DNA of 43,053 nucleotides from a virus (Duplodnaviria > Caudoviricetes), in IMG/VR virus record IMGVR_UViG_3300048850_000008, positions 1 to 43,053 of that record, one strand, 5' to 3'. Under the pieces are notes generated by a model, which saw only the letters and a list, made by a program, of their open reading frames with translations, was not told the origin of the DNA and did not search any database. Each line of letters begins with the position of its first letter. Within the stretch, counting starts at the first letter, position 1. Below are positions 15,782 to 25,274 of this stretch, piece after piece. The position numbers and the translations under genes were made by a program.

Positions 15782-16557
15782 GTAAGCCCCGCATCCTCGT
15801 TCTGGACATCGAGACTGCTCCCATCCTCGCCAACGTCTGGAAGACGTGGAAGGAGAACGTGGGCCTGGAGCAGATTCGCGCGGACTGGTACATCCTGTCC
15901 TTCTCGGCCAAGTGGCTCGGCGCAAAGCGCGTCATCTACCGCGACCAGTCCCGGGCCAAGGACATCGAGAACGACGTGGCGCTTATGCAGGAGCTGCACG
16001 CTCTGCTGGACGAGGCGGACATGGTGGTGGCACACAACGGCCGCCGCTTCGACCTCAAGAAGATCAACGTCCGGTTCCTGATGCACAGGCTGTCGCCGCC
16101 GTCGCCCTTCGTGATCGTGGACACCTTGGAGATTGCCAAGCGGCATTTCGCGTTCACCTCCAACCGCCTCGCGTTCCTGACGGACCAGCTCTGCGCCGAG
16201 AAGAAGCTTACGCACGCCGAGTTCCCCGGCTTCACGCTGTGGAAGGAATGCCTTGCCGGCAACCGCAAGGCGTGGGCGGAGATGAAGCGATACAACATCC
16301 AGGACGTGGTGTCGCTGGAGGAGCTGTACCTGCTGCTCCGCCCGTGGGCCGAGGGCCACCCCAACGTGGCCGCGTACTCCGAGCCTGACCGGCCGGCATG
16401 CCCGCGCTGCGGTAGCGAGGACATGCGGCAGAAGGGATACCGCCACACCCAGGTGGGACGTTACGCCCGCTTCCAGTGCAACGGCTGCGGCGGCTGGGCT
16501 CGCGGCCGCCTCATGGTCAACAGCAAAGAGCAGCGCAAGAACCTGCTCGTCAACTAA
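15778..16557 (+). CDS. DnaQ/RNase H-fold 3'-5' exonuclease with C-terminal zinc ribbon
   Basis: LDIET, AHNGRRFD, YNIQD; CPRCGS...CNGCG. Confidence 0.9.
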   Translation: MSKPRILVLDIETAPILANVWKTWKENVGLEQIRADWYILSFSAKWLGAKRVIYRDQSRAKDIENDVALMQELHALLDEADMVVAHNGRRFDLKKINVRFLMHRLSPPSPFVIVDTLEIAKRHFAFTSNRLAFLTDQLCAEKKLTHAEFPGFTLWKECLAGNRKAWAEMKRYNIQDVVSLEELYLLLRPWAEGHPNVAAYSEPDRPACPRCGSEDMRQKGYRHTQVGRYARFQCNGCGGWARGRLMVNSKEQRKNLLVN

Positions 16558-16564
16558 GGAACCA

Positions 16565-17260
16565 ATGGCACGCATTATCGGCATCACCGGCTTGGCCGGT
16601 GCCGGTAAGGATACGTGCGCCCAGGCCATGCGCGCCGCCTACACCGAGATGGGTGTAGCGGCCGCGCTGGAGGGGTACGCCGATCCGATACGGAAGATAG
16701 CGTATGTCATGGGGCTGAACCCCTATGACCGCAAGACCAAGGAACGTCCTCTTATGTTCCGCGTTGACCACTTCTGCGACGTATTCCAACACGGTATTGA
16801 CGTTGTGCTGGCTGGTCGCGTTTCCAAAGACGAGAGGCTACGGCTCTACGCTTACACCATGATGGCGCTCTCAGAGGTTCATGGGCACATCGTGATTAGC
16901 CCGCGGGGATTTATGCAGATCCTCGGCACCGAGGGCGGGCAGCGCGTCCGCCGCACCTTTTGGGTGGACCTCGCCGCCGAGCGCTGGGACCGCATGCCGG
17001 GCTACGTGCTGGTGACGGACTTCCGCTTCATGCACGAGCTGCCCCCGCTGGACGAGGTTGTGTGCGTCATTCGCAAGGGCACCAAGCGCGTCAACGACCA
17101 CGTGTCCGAGGACTTAGCCGACATGCTCACGCAGCAGCAGCCGCGCTACCTCGAAGGCCAGCAGGTCTTCTACATCCACAACGACCGCACCCAGCGCAAG
17201 TTCGAGAAGCGCAGCGCCCGGTACGCGGAGCAGACCCACAAGACAAGGAATCCCGAGTGA
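16565..17260 (+). CDS. Deoxynucleoside monophosphate kinase
   Basis: IIGITGLAGAGKDT P-loop, ADPIR, QILGTEGG, VTDFRF. Confidence 0.88.
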   Translation: MARIIGITGLAGAGKDTCAQAMRAAYTEMGVAAALEGYADPIRKIAYVMGLNPYDRKTKERPLMFRVDHFCDVFQHGIDVVLAGRVSKDERLRLYAYTMMALSEVHGHIVISPRGFMQILGTEGGQRVRRTFWVDLAAERWDRMPGYVLVTDFRFMHELPPLDEVVCVIRKGTKRVNDHVSEDLADMLTQQQPRYLEGQQVFYIHNDRTQRKFEKRSARYAEQTHKTRNPE

Positions 17261-17472
17261 GCAAAGAACGGCCGATAGAGAACGGCGTGGACCTGCTGGA
17301 AGATCAGGCCACGTACCGCGCGTACGAGGACCTCATCGTGATTGCACTGGACACGGGGAATGTGCCCGGCGCACGGCTCCGCTTCAAGGAAGCAGAGGAC
17401 CAGTTGTCGGAGTTCAGCCACGGCGAGCTGTACAGCATGGCGCTGAACGATTACGGGATTGACCTGCGTTGA
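17257..17472 (+). CDS. Hypothetical acidic protein, 71 aa
   Basis: AAGGA RBS, GTGA overlap, immediately upstream of the RNAP gene. Confidence 0.7.
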   Translation: MSKERPIENGVDLLEDQATYRAYEDLIVIALDTGNVPGARLRFKEAEDQLSEFSHGELYSMALNDYGIDLR

Positions 17473-17487
17473 GGACTCGGTAGCGCG

Positions 17488-19959
17488 TTGATCCAGTCCC
17501 AGGCGGAACTGGAGCGCTCCACGCTGGCGATAGGTGCGCAGCGCATCCGGGAAAAGATTGAGCAGAACGAGAACAAAGGCAAGGCCAACGAGAACCCGTA
17601 CGCGCAGCCCATGTACAGACGCTGGGTACTGCCGCTGCGGGACATGATTACGGCAACCCTTGAGGAGGAGCGGGGGAAGGCCGGCAGGCGCGCGGCGCAC
17701 GTCGCGCTGCTGCAACCCTTGGACGCCACTGTATCCGCCTTCGTGGCGGTGCGCCTCACGCTGGTCACGCTGATGGCAGACGCCGAGCCAACGGCGCGTG
17801 AGCTGGCATCGGCCATCGGGCGCGCGCTGCACCGGGAGCTGGTGCTATCTGTGTTCGAGGACATCGCCCCGGACCTGTACTACGAGGTGACGCACGACCT
17901 GGACCGCCGACGCTCAAAGGCAGAGCGGCACAGGTACAACGCCCTGATGGGCGCGGCCCGCAACAAGGGCCTTACGGAGTTCCCGGAGTGGCAGAAGCAC
18001 GACCGGGAACAGCTCGGTATGTGGTTTGTTGAGGCGCTGCGCGTCCTTGGCATGATCGACGTTACCCGCCACAAGAAGGCCGGCCTGGGGCGCATCCGCG
18101 AGATGCTCAAGGTGGACTTCACGGACGAGGCAGAGCGCGTCATAAACCGCGTCACCGGACTGGTGGAGCTGAACGCCCCGCTGCACTCCCCCTGCGTCGA
18201 GCCGCCCAAGGACTGGGTGGCGTTCAACGACGGGGGATGGCATACCCCGGAAATGCGGCAGGTACAGCCGTACTGCGTCAGCATCCGGCGCGTGCGAAAC
18301 ATGGACCTGCTGGACCGCATACGCAAGTCCGACCTGAGCGCCCACGTGCTGCCGGCCATCAACCACTTGCAGCGCGTGCGGTGGGCGATCAACCGGGACA
18401 TGCTGGACACGGTGCGCGAGCTCGCGCGGTCCTCGTTGGACCTGAATGAGGCGCTGTCGGAGAAGGGGCCGGACATGCCAGAGCGGCCGGCGTGGCGCGC
18501 GCCCAAGGGCGAGAAGCAGGAGATGACGCCGGAGCAGGAGGCCGAGTTCCTGGAGTGGAAGCGCTCAATGGCCCGGTACTACACCGAACGCAAGATGCGC
18601 GGCCAGCGCTGGGGCCGGTTCCGGATGGCGACCATGATGGCGGACAAGTTCAAGGACTGCCCGGCTATCCACTTTGTGTATCAGGCGGACTTCCGCGGAC
18701 GGTACTACGCGCAGTCCGTGGGCGTCAGCCCGCAGGGCTCGGACTTGCAGAAGGCACTCCTGCACTTCGCCGATGGCAAGCCGCTGGACACGCCCGACGC
18801 GGTGCGCTGGTTCAAGATCAACGGGGCCAATCGCTTCGGCGTGGACAAGCAGAGCCTGGACGCGCGGGTGCGCTGGGTGGATGAGAACGACGCCCACATC
18901 CGCGCCTTCGCGGACGATCCGGTGGGCAGCTCGCGCTGGACGGAAGCGGACAGCCCGCTGCAATTCCTGGCCTGGGCGAAGGAGTACGCCGCCTGGAGGC
19001 GCAACCCCAGCGCGTTCCTGTCCCGCATCCCTGTGGGCCTGGACGGGTCCTGCAACGGGCTACAGCACTTCAGCGCAATGCTCCGGGACGAGGTAGGCGG
19101 GTTGGCTACCAATCTCCTGCCTAACGCGGGGGATTACGGGCCGAACGACCTCTACGAGAACGTGGCCCATCTGACGCGGGTGAAACTCGCCGGCCTGAAA
19201 CTGGACCAGCTATCCGAGCGCGATCAAGGTTTCGCCCGCGCGTGGCTGGCCCACGGCGTCAACCGGACGCTGGTGAAGCGCTCGGTCATGACGCTGCCGT
19301 ACGGCTCCACGCGGTACTCGTGCGCCGAGTTCATCACGCAGGATTACCTGCGCCACGGCAAGGCCCCCGAGTTCGAGCCCGCCCAGTACACCCAGGCGGC
19401 GAACTTCCTGAGTCACCTCGTATGGGAGGCGATAGGGGAGGTAGTGGTGGCCGCCTCGGCGGCGATGGGGTGGTTGCAGCAGTGCGCCCGCAGGATTATC
19501 TCGGCCGGCGCGGAGCGCATCGAATGGGTGACGCCGAGCGGCTTCCCAGTCACCCAGGTCTACAACCTGTGTGACGAGGTGCAGATACGAACCAAGCTGT
19601 TCGGCGGCTCGCGGCTGAAGATGCACCGGGAGATAGACGCGCCGAAGCTATCCAGCCACAAGAACGGCCTCGCGCCGAACTTCGTGCACAGCATGGATGC
19701 CGCACACCTCACCCTCACCGTGAACGCCTGCGAGCGAGCGGGCATCACGTCCCTAGCGATGATCCACGACGACTACGGCACGCACGCGGCTGACACGCAG
19801 CGGCTGTACGAGATTATCCGCAACACCTTTGTGGAGATGTATGAGACGCACGATCCGATCCATGATTTCCGCGCTCGTTACGACGGTATGCCTGAGCCGC
19901 CCCCGCGTGGCGGCCTGGATTTGGGGAAGGTCCGGCAAAGCCCGTACTTCTTCGCCTGA
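17488..19959 (+). CDS. Single-subunit (T7-type) DNA-directed RNA polymerase
   Basis: DFRGRYY, LDGSCNGLQH, RTLVKRSVMTLPYG, PNFVHSMDA, MIHDDYG, C-terminal YFFA. Confidence 0.98.
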   Translation: MIQSQAELERSTLAIGAQRIREKIEQNENKGKANENPYAQPMYRRWVLPLRDMITATLEEERGKAGRRAAHVALLQPLDATVSAFVAVRLTLVTLMADAEPTARELASAIGRALHRELVLSVFEDIAPDLYYEVTHDLDRRRSKAERHRYNALMGAARNKGLTEFPEWQKHDREQLGMWFVEALRVLGMIDVTRHKKAGLGRIREMLKVDFTDEAERVINRVTGLVELNAPLHSPCVEPPKDWVAFNDGGWHTPEMRQVQPYCVSIRRVRNMDLLDRIRKSDLSAHVLPAINHLQRVRWAINRDMLDTVRELARSSLDLNEALSEKGPDMPERPAWRAPKGEKQEMTPEQEAEFLEWKRSMARYYTERKMRGQRWGRFRMATMMADKFKDCPAIHFVYQADFRGRYYAQSVGVSPQGSDLQKALLHFADGKPLDTPDAVRWFKINGANRFGVDKQSLDARVRWVDENDAHIRAFADDPVGSSRWTEADSPLQFLAWAKEYAAWRRNPSAFLSRIPVGLDGSCNGLQHFSAMLRDEVGGLATNLLPNAGDYGPNDLYENVAHLTRVKLAGLKLDQLSERDQGFARAWLAHGVNRTLVKRSVMTLPYGSTRYSCAEFITQDYLRHGKAPEFEPAQYTQAANFLSHLVWEAIGEVVVAASAAMGWLQQCARRIISAGAERIEWVTPSGFPVTQVYNLCDEVQIRTKLFGGSRLKMHREIDAPKLSSHKNGLAPNFVHSMDAAHLTLTVNACERAGITSLAMIHDDYGTHAADTQRLYEIIRNTFVEMYETHDPIHDFRARYDGMPEPPPRGGLDLGKVRQSPYFFA

Positions 19960-19960
19960 G

Positions 19961-19985
19961 CATTCGGCACCCACTACGACGCAAG
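19961..19985 (+). promoter_or_regulatory. Phage RNAP promoter, copy 2 (start of late region)
   Basis: GGCACCCACTACGAC at 19966-19980, directly after the RNAP stop. Confidence 0.85.
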
Positions 19986-19999
19986 CTACGGAGAAACCC

Positions 20000-20185
20000 C
20001 TGGAGCAGAAAAACATCCTCCTGGCGCGGCTCACCCCCGAGGTGTACCGCGCGCTGGAGAAGCAACTGGGCGGGGCTGCGGTCCCCACAGTCACGTCCCA
20101 AACCACGGACCTGCAAGCCGGCGAGCAGATCGGCGTGCAGCGCGTCCTGAAGGCCCTACGCGATGGCTTCGTTACTGAAGCATAG
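20000..20185 (+). CDS. Small late protein, about 61 aa (CTG start)
   Basis: GGAGA RBS then CTG; C-terminal part of ORF 19829..20185; first gene after the late promoter. Confidence 0.6.
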   Translation: MEQKNILLARLTPEVYRALEKQLGGAAVPTVTSQTTDLQAGEQIGVQRVLKALRDGFVTEA

Positions 20186-20594
20186 CGAATGGTCCGCGCA
20201 GGACAAGGCAGAGGTGCTTGCGGCTTTCCGCAGGCACTACACGGAGAGCCTCGTAGCGGGCCACCCGTACGCGCAGCATGTGGACTTCGTGCACGGCTGG
20301 GCGCAGATCGAGAGCGGGGCCGTGGGGACCGTGCTTGTGGACGGATACCTCGTTGTCTACGACGTAGGTCCCACCTGGTTCTGCCCCAAACCTGTGTTCA
20401 CGGAGCTGATGGTGCTGCGTGTCGCTGACCGGCCCGGCTACCTGCGCCACGTCATTACCGCGATGGAGGAGCTGGCGCGCGCGCATGGGTGCGTCGGCAT
20501 CGCCACGGGGGACGCCATGGGTAGCGCCGTAGCTCACGCCTACAAGCGCGCCGGGTACACGCCCGTCGTTTCGCAGTTCTACAAGGAGCTTTAA
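20163..20594 (+). CDS. GNAT-fold protein
   Basis: MEELARAHGCVGIATG...YKRAGY resembles the GNAT C-terminal motifs; usual position ahead of the portal in phiKMV-type genomes. Confidence 0.65.
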   Translation: MASLLKHSEWSAQDKAEVLAAFRRHYTESLVAGHPYAQHVDFVHGWAQIESGAVGTVLVDGYLVVYDVGPTWFCPKPVFTELMVLRVADRPGYLRHVITAMEELARAHGCVGIATGDAMGSAVAHAYKRAGYTPVVSQFYKEL

Positions 20595-21043
20595 TGGGAA
20601 GTGGTCTTAAGAAAATAGTCAGCAAAATCGATCCGTTCACCGCCAAGGTGGTCGATCCCGTGCTGGGCGAGTCCGGCTTGCCGAACATCACCGGCAACGA
20701 CGGCGGAAAGGCCGCGGCTGCGCAAGCCGCCGCCGAGGCGCAAGCGCAAGCCACGCGGGAAGCAGCGGATAAGCAGGCGGCGGCAGTCAAGGCGGCCTCC
20801 GTCCAACAGGCGGCCTCCATGCGTGACCAAGCGGTGGCGTCCCAGCAGGCCCAGGTGGCGGCCATCAATCAGTCCACCCAGGCCGCGCAGCTACAGGCCC
20901 AGCTACAGGCTGCGCCCCAGGAGGGCTCGCCGGACATTCAGCTGGACGGCTTTGGCGACGGCAGCGACCCGCGGCGGCGCTATCAGGGCGGCGGCGCGCC
21001 GGCCATCGGCGGTACTGTCGGCGGCGTAGGCATCCGCCTGTAA
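20594..21043 (+). CDS. Ala/Gln-rich virion assembly protein
   Basis: AAGGAG RBS; directly before the portal; Gly-rich C-terminus. Confidence 0.7.
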   Translation: MGSGLKKIVSKIDPFTAKVVDPVLGESGLPNITGNDGGKAAAAQAAAEAQAQATREAADKQAAAVKAASVQQAASMRDQAVASQQAQVAAINQSTQAAQLQAQLQAAPQEGSPDIQLDGFGDGSDPRRRYQGGGAPAIGGTVGGVGIRL

Positions 21044-21046
21044 CGG

Positions 21047-22594
21047 ATGACGGGCTCCGTAAAGGATGCCTGGGAGGCGGGGCGCGCGAAGCGCCAGCCT
21101 CTTGTGACCCGCTGCGAGAAGTACGCAGCGTTCACCATCCCGATCATTTGCCCGCCTGACGGGTACGACGAGCAGGCCACCGAGCTACAGACCGACTACC
21201 AGTCAGTGGGTGCCCTGGCAGTAAACAGCCTCTCCAACAAGCTCATCCTCGCGCTCTTTGCCCCGTCGCGGCCGTTCATGCGGTACGACATCCCGGCCGA
21301 CGTGAAGGCGAAGCTGGAGGGCCAAGTAGGGGACTTGCAGGCCAAGCTCTCTGTTGCAGAACACAACAGCATCAAGTTGCTGGATCAGCTGTCCACACGA
21401 CCCCGACTCTACGAGGCAGTACGAAACCTCATAGTCACCGGCAATGCTCTGCTGGTCCTGGGCAAAGACAAGTCCACACCCATCCGCGTACTGGGTCTGA
21501 AGAAGTACTCAGTCAAGCGCAGCATGTCCGGCAAGGTAGTGGAAATCATCGTCAAGCAGGGCCTCCAGTTCGATGAGCTGGACCGGAACGTGCAGCGACA
21601 CTTGCAGGCCGCCAGCGACAAGTACAAGAAGATGGACGAGACGGACCCGCGCACATGCGAGGCCGTGGACTGGTACACCTGGGTGCAGCTTCAGGACGAC
21701 GGCCGCTACATGGTCACGTCGTACGTGGACGACTACCCGCTGCCCAAGGAATACGGCGGCGTGTACACCGAGGAGGAGCTGCCGTACCGGCCCCTGACGT
21801 GGGAGCTGCCTGACGGGCAGAACTACGGCATTGGCCTCGTGGAGCAGTGTGCCGGCGACTTCGCGGCCATGTCCGCCATGTCGGAGGCAGAGGTAAAGGC
21901 CGCGATCCTCGCGTCCGAGTTCCGCTGGCTGTGCAACCCCGGGGGCCTGACGCAGCCCGAGGACATGGTAGAGAGCGAGAACGGCGCAGTGCTCCCGGGC
22001 GTGGTCAACGACATCGTTCCGCTGTCCGCAGCGGGCGCTGGCGTGGCGCAGGGCCTCCAGATCGTGGACAGCGTGCTTTCCAAGTACGTCAACCGCATCG
22101 GGCACACGTTCCTGCTCGGTTCCTCAGTGGTGCGGGACGCGGAGCGCGTGACAGCCGAGGAAATCCGCATGCAGGCCCAGGAGCTGGAGACATCCCTGGG
22201 TGGCGTGTACTCGCGGCTCGCCATCGACTTCCAGCTACCGCTGGCCTACTGGCTGGCGAAGATGCTGGGCGTGTCCCTCTCGCAGTCCGGCATCCGGCCC
22301 ACGATCATCACCGGCCTGGACGCCCTGTCCCGCAACGCGGACCTGGACAACCTGAAGCTCTGCATTCAGGACCTAACGCAGCTACAGGCTGCGATCCAAG
22401 GCCCTCTAGCCGTGGTCATCAACGTCACGGCAGTAGCGGCCGCCATCTTCGCCGGCCGTGGCGTGGACTCCACCGAGTACGTGAACCCGCCCGAAGTGCA
22501 GGCCCGGCTCAACGAGCAACTCCAACAACAGCAGCTTGAGCAGCAAGCTGCCGGCCCGGTGGCAAGGGCCGCCGTAGACCAATCACAAGGATGA
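21047..22594 (+). CDS. Portal (head-tail connector)
   Basis: QSVGALAVNSLSNKL, VRDAERVTAEEIR, LGGVYSRLA, ITGLDALSR. Confidence 0.95.
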   Translation: MTGSVKDAWEAGRAKRQPLVTRCEKYAAFTIPIICPPDGYDEQATELQTDYQSVGALAVNSLSNKLILALFAPSRPFMRYDIPADVKAKLEGQVGDLQAKLSVAEHNSIKLLDQLSTRPRLYEAVRNLIVTGNALLVLGKDKSTPIRVLGLKKYSVKRSMSGKVVEIIVKQGLQFDELDRNVQRHLQAASDKYKKMDETDPRTCEAVDWYTWVQLQDDGRYMVTSYVDDYPLPKEYGGVYTEEELPYRPLTWELPDGQNYGIGLVEQCAGDFAAMSAMSEAEVKAAILASEFRWLCNPGGLTQPEDMVESENGAVLPGVVNDIVPLSAAGAGVAQGLQIVDSVLSKYVNRIGHTFLLGSSVVRDAERVTAEEIRMQAQELETSLGGVYSRLAIDFQLPLAYWLAKMLGVSLSQSGIRPTIITGLDALSRNADLDNLKLCIQDLTQLQAAIQGPLAVVINVTAVAAAIFAGRGVDSTEYVNPPEVQARLNEQLQQQQLEQQAAGPVARAAVDQSQG

Positions 22595-22597
22595 TGA

Positions 22598-23413
22598 ATG
22601 ACGACAGAAGCAGCACAGCAGCCCGCAACGACCCAGGCCCCGACGACCGCAGCCCCGCCTTCCCAGGCGGTAGTTGTCCCGCCGCAGGCTTCCCCTGCTC
22701 CGGCTGCGACACCTGCTGCGCCTGCTACTCCCGCCCCTGCCGCTGCGGAGAGCAAGGCCGCGCCGGCCACGCCCGAGGCACCGACCTTTGGCGCGGCTGT
22801 GGACTACCTGGAGACTGGCAACGCCAACCTTGACTACGCCCTGAAGTGGGCAGGCCAGCGAGGGCTGAACGTCGAGACGATCCCGGAGATGCAGCAGGCC
22901 ATGCAAGGCAACTTCGGTCCGCTGCGCGCGCTGCTGACCTCGAAACAGATTCCCGAGGCAGACGCGGTGCTGGCGTTGGCGGAGTCCGGCTTCAAGGAGT
23001 ACCAAGCCGGTAAGGAAGCCGCTACCCAAGCCGTTCAACAGATGGTGGTGGAAGTCGCTGGCGGCGAGGAGGCGTGGGGCCAAGTGCTGGACTGGGCACG
23101 CGAGAACGCCGAGCCGGAGGAGAAGGAGCAGATCAACGCCGCCCTGGCGTCGGGCGGCTTCGTTGCGGAGGCAGTGGCTGCGCGTCTGGTCCACAACTTC
23201 CAGGCGCAGTCCGGCGTGACGATTCCCCAGCGCGCCGAGCCGGTGAAGGCCACGGCCTCCGCCCAGCCGCCCGCGGCGGGTAACGGCCCGCTCTCCCCGC
23301 AGGAGTACGGGCAGGCGGTCATGGACCTCCGCCGCAGCATGAAGGGTAAGCCCATCGACGGCACGCCGGAGTACGCGGCGCTGCAACGTCGTCGCGCCGC
23401 CTACCGCGGGTAA
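22598..23413 (+). CDS. Capsid scaffolding protein
   Basis: Between portal and capsid; Pro/Ala N-terminus; AGGEEAWGQVLDWA motif. Confidence 0.88.
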   Translation: MTTEAAQQPATTQAPTTAAPPSQAVVVPPQASPAPAATPAAPATPAPAAAESKAAPATPEAPTFGAAVDYLETGNANLDYALKWAGQRGLNVETIPEMQQAMQGNFGPLRALLTSKQIPEADAVLALAESGFKEYQAGKEAATQAVQQMVVEVAGGEEAWGQVLDWARENAEPEEKEQINAALASGGFVAEAVAARLVHNFQAQSGVTIPQRAEPVKATASAQPPAAGNGPLSPQEYGQAVMDLRRSMKGKPIDGTPEYAALQRRRAAYRG

Positions 23414-23442
23414 GCACGAGCAGCACTAGCCAGCAGGACCAG

Positions 23443-23481
23443 AGGGCCAGTTCGGGAAACCGGGCTGGCCCTTTGTCGTTT
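23443..23481 (+). terminator. Hairpin, probable intrinsic terminator after scaffold gene
   Basis: AGGGCCAGTTCGG-GAAA-CCGGGCTGGCCCT (13 bp, two G-U pairs) followed by TTGTCGTTT. Confidence 0.65.
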
Positions 23482-23492
23482 CTGCGCGGCCT

Positions 23493-23517
23493 GAATTGGC
23501 ACCCACTACGACACAAC
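23493..23517 (+). promoter_or_regulatory. Phage RNAP promoter, copy 3 (capsid)
   Basis: GAATTGGCACCCACTACGACACA, 23 bp identical to copy 1. Confidence 0.88.
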
Positions 23518-23588
23518 TCCGTGTCACTTCCAGAGAGCCTAAAGCGTGGCAAGAAATGACACGCCAACCCAATACAAGGAATTAGAAA

Positions 23589-24602
23589 ATGGGTGTGAGT
23601 ATCACCAACGTAAACCGTCCCGGCGCGATTCTCCAGGTCGGTAACAACACGCAGATCGGTACGGCCCCCGCCGCTACCAACCCGCTCGCGAACCACATCG
23701 AGGAGTACGGCGGCGTAGTCGAGGGCACCATTGCCCGCAAGTCCATCGTCCGCAACTTCATCCCGGTGCGCAGCATCAAGGGCACTTCCACCATCTCGAA
23801 CTTCCAGGTGGGTGAGTCGACCCTGAGCAAGGTGGTCCCCGGCACCGCGCCGGACGGCACCGTGGTGCAGGCGCAGAAGGTCAAGCTGACCGTCGATACG
23901 CTCATCAACGCGCGCGCCACCGTGCCGCTGCTGGATGACTTCCAATCGAGCTACGACGCCCGCGCCGCCATCGGCCAGGAGCACGGCAAGAAGTTCGCCA
24001 AGTTCATCGACCAGTCCTTCCTGATCCAAGCCGTGAAGGCCGCGCGCATCCAGTCCATGACGGGTTATCCCGCTGGCTGGCAGCCCGGCACCATCACGAC
24101 CTTCGACACCGCAGGTCAGGAGATGGACCCCGCCGCGCTGGAGGACAAGTTCTCGGACATGTTCGCCACGATGGAGGAGAAGGACGTTGACCCGCTGACC
24201 GAGGATGTGGTTGTGGTTCTGAAGCCCAAGGCGTACTACACGCTGCTGAAGAACGACCGTCTCGTGGACCGCACGTTCATCCTGTCCGATGGTACGGAAA
24301 TCCGCACAAAGTCCCTGAACGTCTACGGTGTTCCGGTGTACGTGTCGAACAACCTGCCCACCTCCAACATCACGGGTCATTACCTGTCCAACGAGGGTAA
24401 CGGCAATGCGTACGACGGCGACTTCTCCAAGGTTGTCGCCGTGGCGTTCTCGCCGCGCGCCCTGCTGGCCGGCGAAACTATCCCGCTGACCCCGGATGTG
24501 TTCTACGACCCCATCACCAAGATGTGGTTCATCGACGCGCATACGTCGTTCGGTGTCGGCCCGAACAACCCCGCCTTCGCGGGCGTCCTGACCGCCGCCT
24601 AA
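23589..24602 (+). CDS. Major capsid protein
   Basis: 337 aa, strong RBS, IEEYGGVVEGTI and LTVDTL segments typical of T7 gp10-like proteins; flanked by promoter and terminator. Confidence 0.95.
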   Translation: MGVSITNVNRPGAILQVGNNTQIGTAPAATNPLANHIEEYGGVVEGTIARKSIVRNFIPVRSIKGTSTISNFQVGESTLSKVVPGTAPDGTVVQAQKVKLTVDTLINARATVPLLDDFQSSYDARAAIGQEHGKKFAKFIDQSFLIQAVKAARIQSMTGYPAGWQPGTITTFDTAGQEMDPAALEDKFSDMFATMEEKDVDPLTEDVVVVLKPKAYYTLLKNDRLVDRTFILSDGTEIRTKSLNVYGVPVYVSNNLPTSNITGHYLSNEGNGNAYDGDFSKVVAVAFSPRALLAGETIPLTPDVFYDPITKMWFIDAHTSFGVGPNNPAFAGVLTAA

Positions 24603-24614
24603 GCAGTACCCCAC

Positions 24615-24648
24615 AAAGCCCGATGCCTTAACTGGTGTCGGGCTTTTT
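24615..24648 (+). terminator. Intrinsic terminator after capsid gene (T-phi equivalent)
   Basis: AAAGCCCGATGCC-TTAACT-GGTGTCGGGCTTT followed by further Ts. Confidence 0.88.
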
Positions 24649-24668
24649 GCGTTTCATAAGGAGAATTC

Positions 24669-25274
24669 ATGGCAAGCATCACGTCATTGACGGTGGTGAA
24701 CGCATGCCTCAAGACGATGGGCGAGACACCGCTTAATGCGCTGGATGCCGACCATCCGTACGTGCAGGCTGCGCTGAACATCTTGGCCGAGTCCAACACG
24801 GCGGAGCAAATGCTGGGGTGGTGGTTCAACACGGACTACCCGCGGCTTCCTCCCGATCCGCATACCGGATTTGTCGTGGTGCCGGCCGACGCTCTCAACC
24901 TGGAGCTGGACAACCCCAACCTCGTGCAGCGCGGTAATCGCCTGTGGGACACGCTGGCGCAGACATTCGCCATTGGCGTTCCTGTGATGGCGAAGGTAAT
25001 CCGCGAGATACCGTTCGATCAGCTCCCGCAGAACGTGCAGGAGATGGTGTCCCTGCGCACACAGCTTGATTTCCAGGCGGCGTTCGACGCTGACGACCGC
25101 AAGTACCAGAAGATTTACGCGGCCTACAACCAGGTGTACAGCCGGGTGCGCCGCATGCACATCCGGAACCAGCGCCTCAACATGCTGGACGCGCCGAGCG
25201 CGCAGCTGTCGCTGGCAGGCATTAAGCCCATGTCCCGCTTCGGGCAAAGCGTCTACCCGTACCGGGTGCGCTGA
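24669..25274 (+). CDS. Tail tubular protein A (T7 gp11-like)
   Basis: VNACLKTMGETP, GWWFN, IPFDQLP; position after capsid. Confidence 0.92.
   Translation: MASITSLTVVNACLKTMGETPLNALDADHPYVQAALNILAESNTAEQMLGWWFNTDYPRLPPDPHTGFVVVPADALNLELDNPNLVQRGNRLWDTLAQTFAIGVPVMAKVIREIPFDQLPQNVQEMVSLRTQLDFQAAFDADDRKYQKIYAAYNQVYSRVRRMHIRNQRLNMLDAPSAQLSLAGIKPMSRFGQSVYPYRVR

Noticed and set aside
24570-24668. T7 10B-type capsid frameshift extension
   Set aside because: No slippery sequence seen near the stop, and a terminator follows immediately
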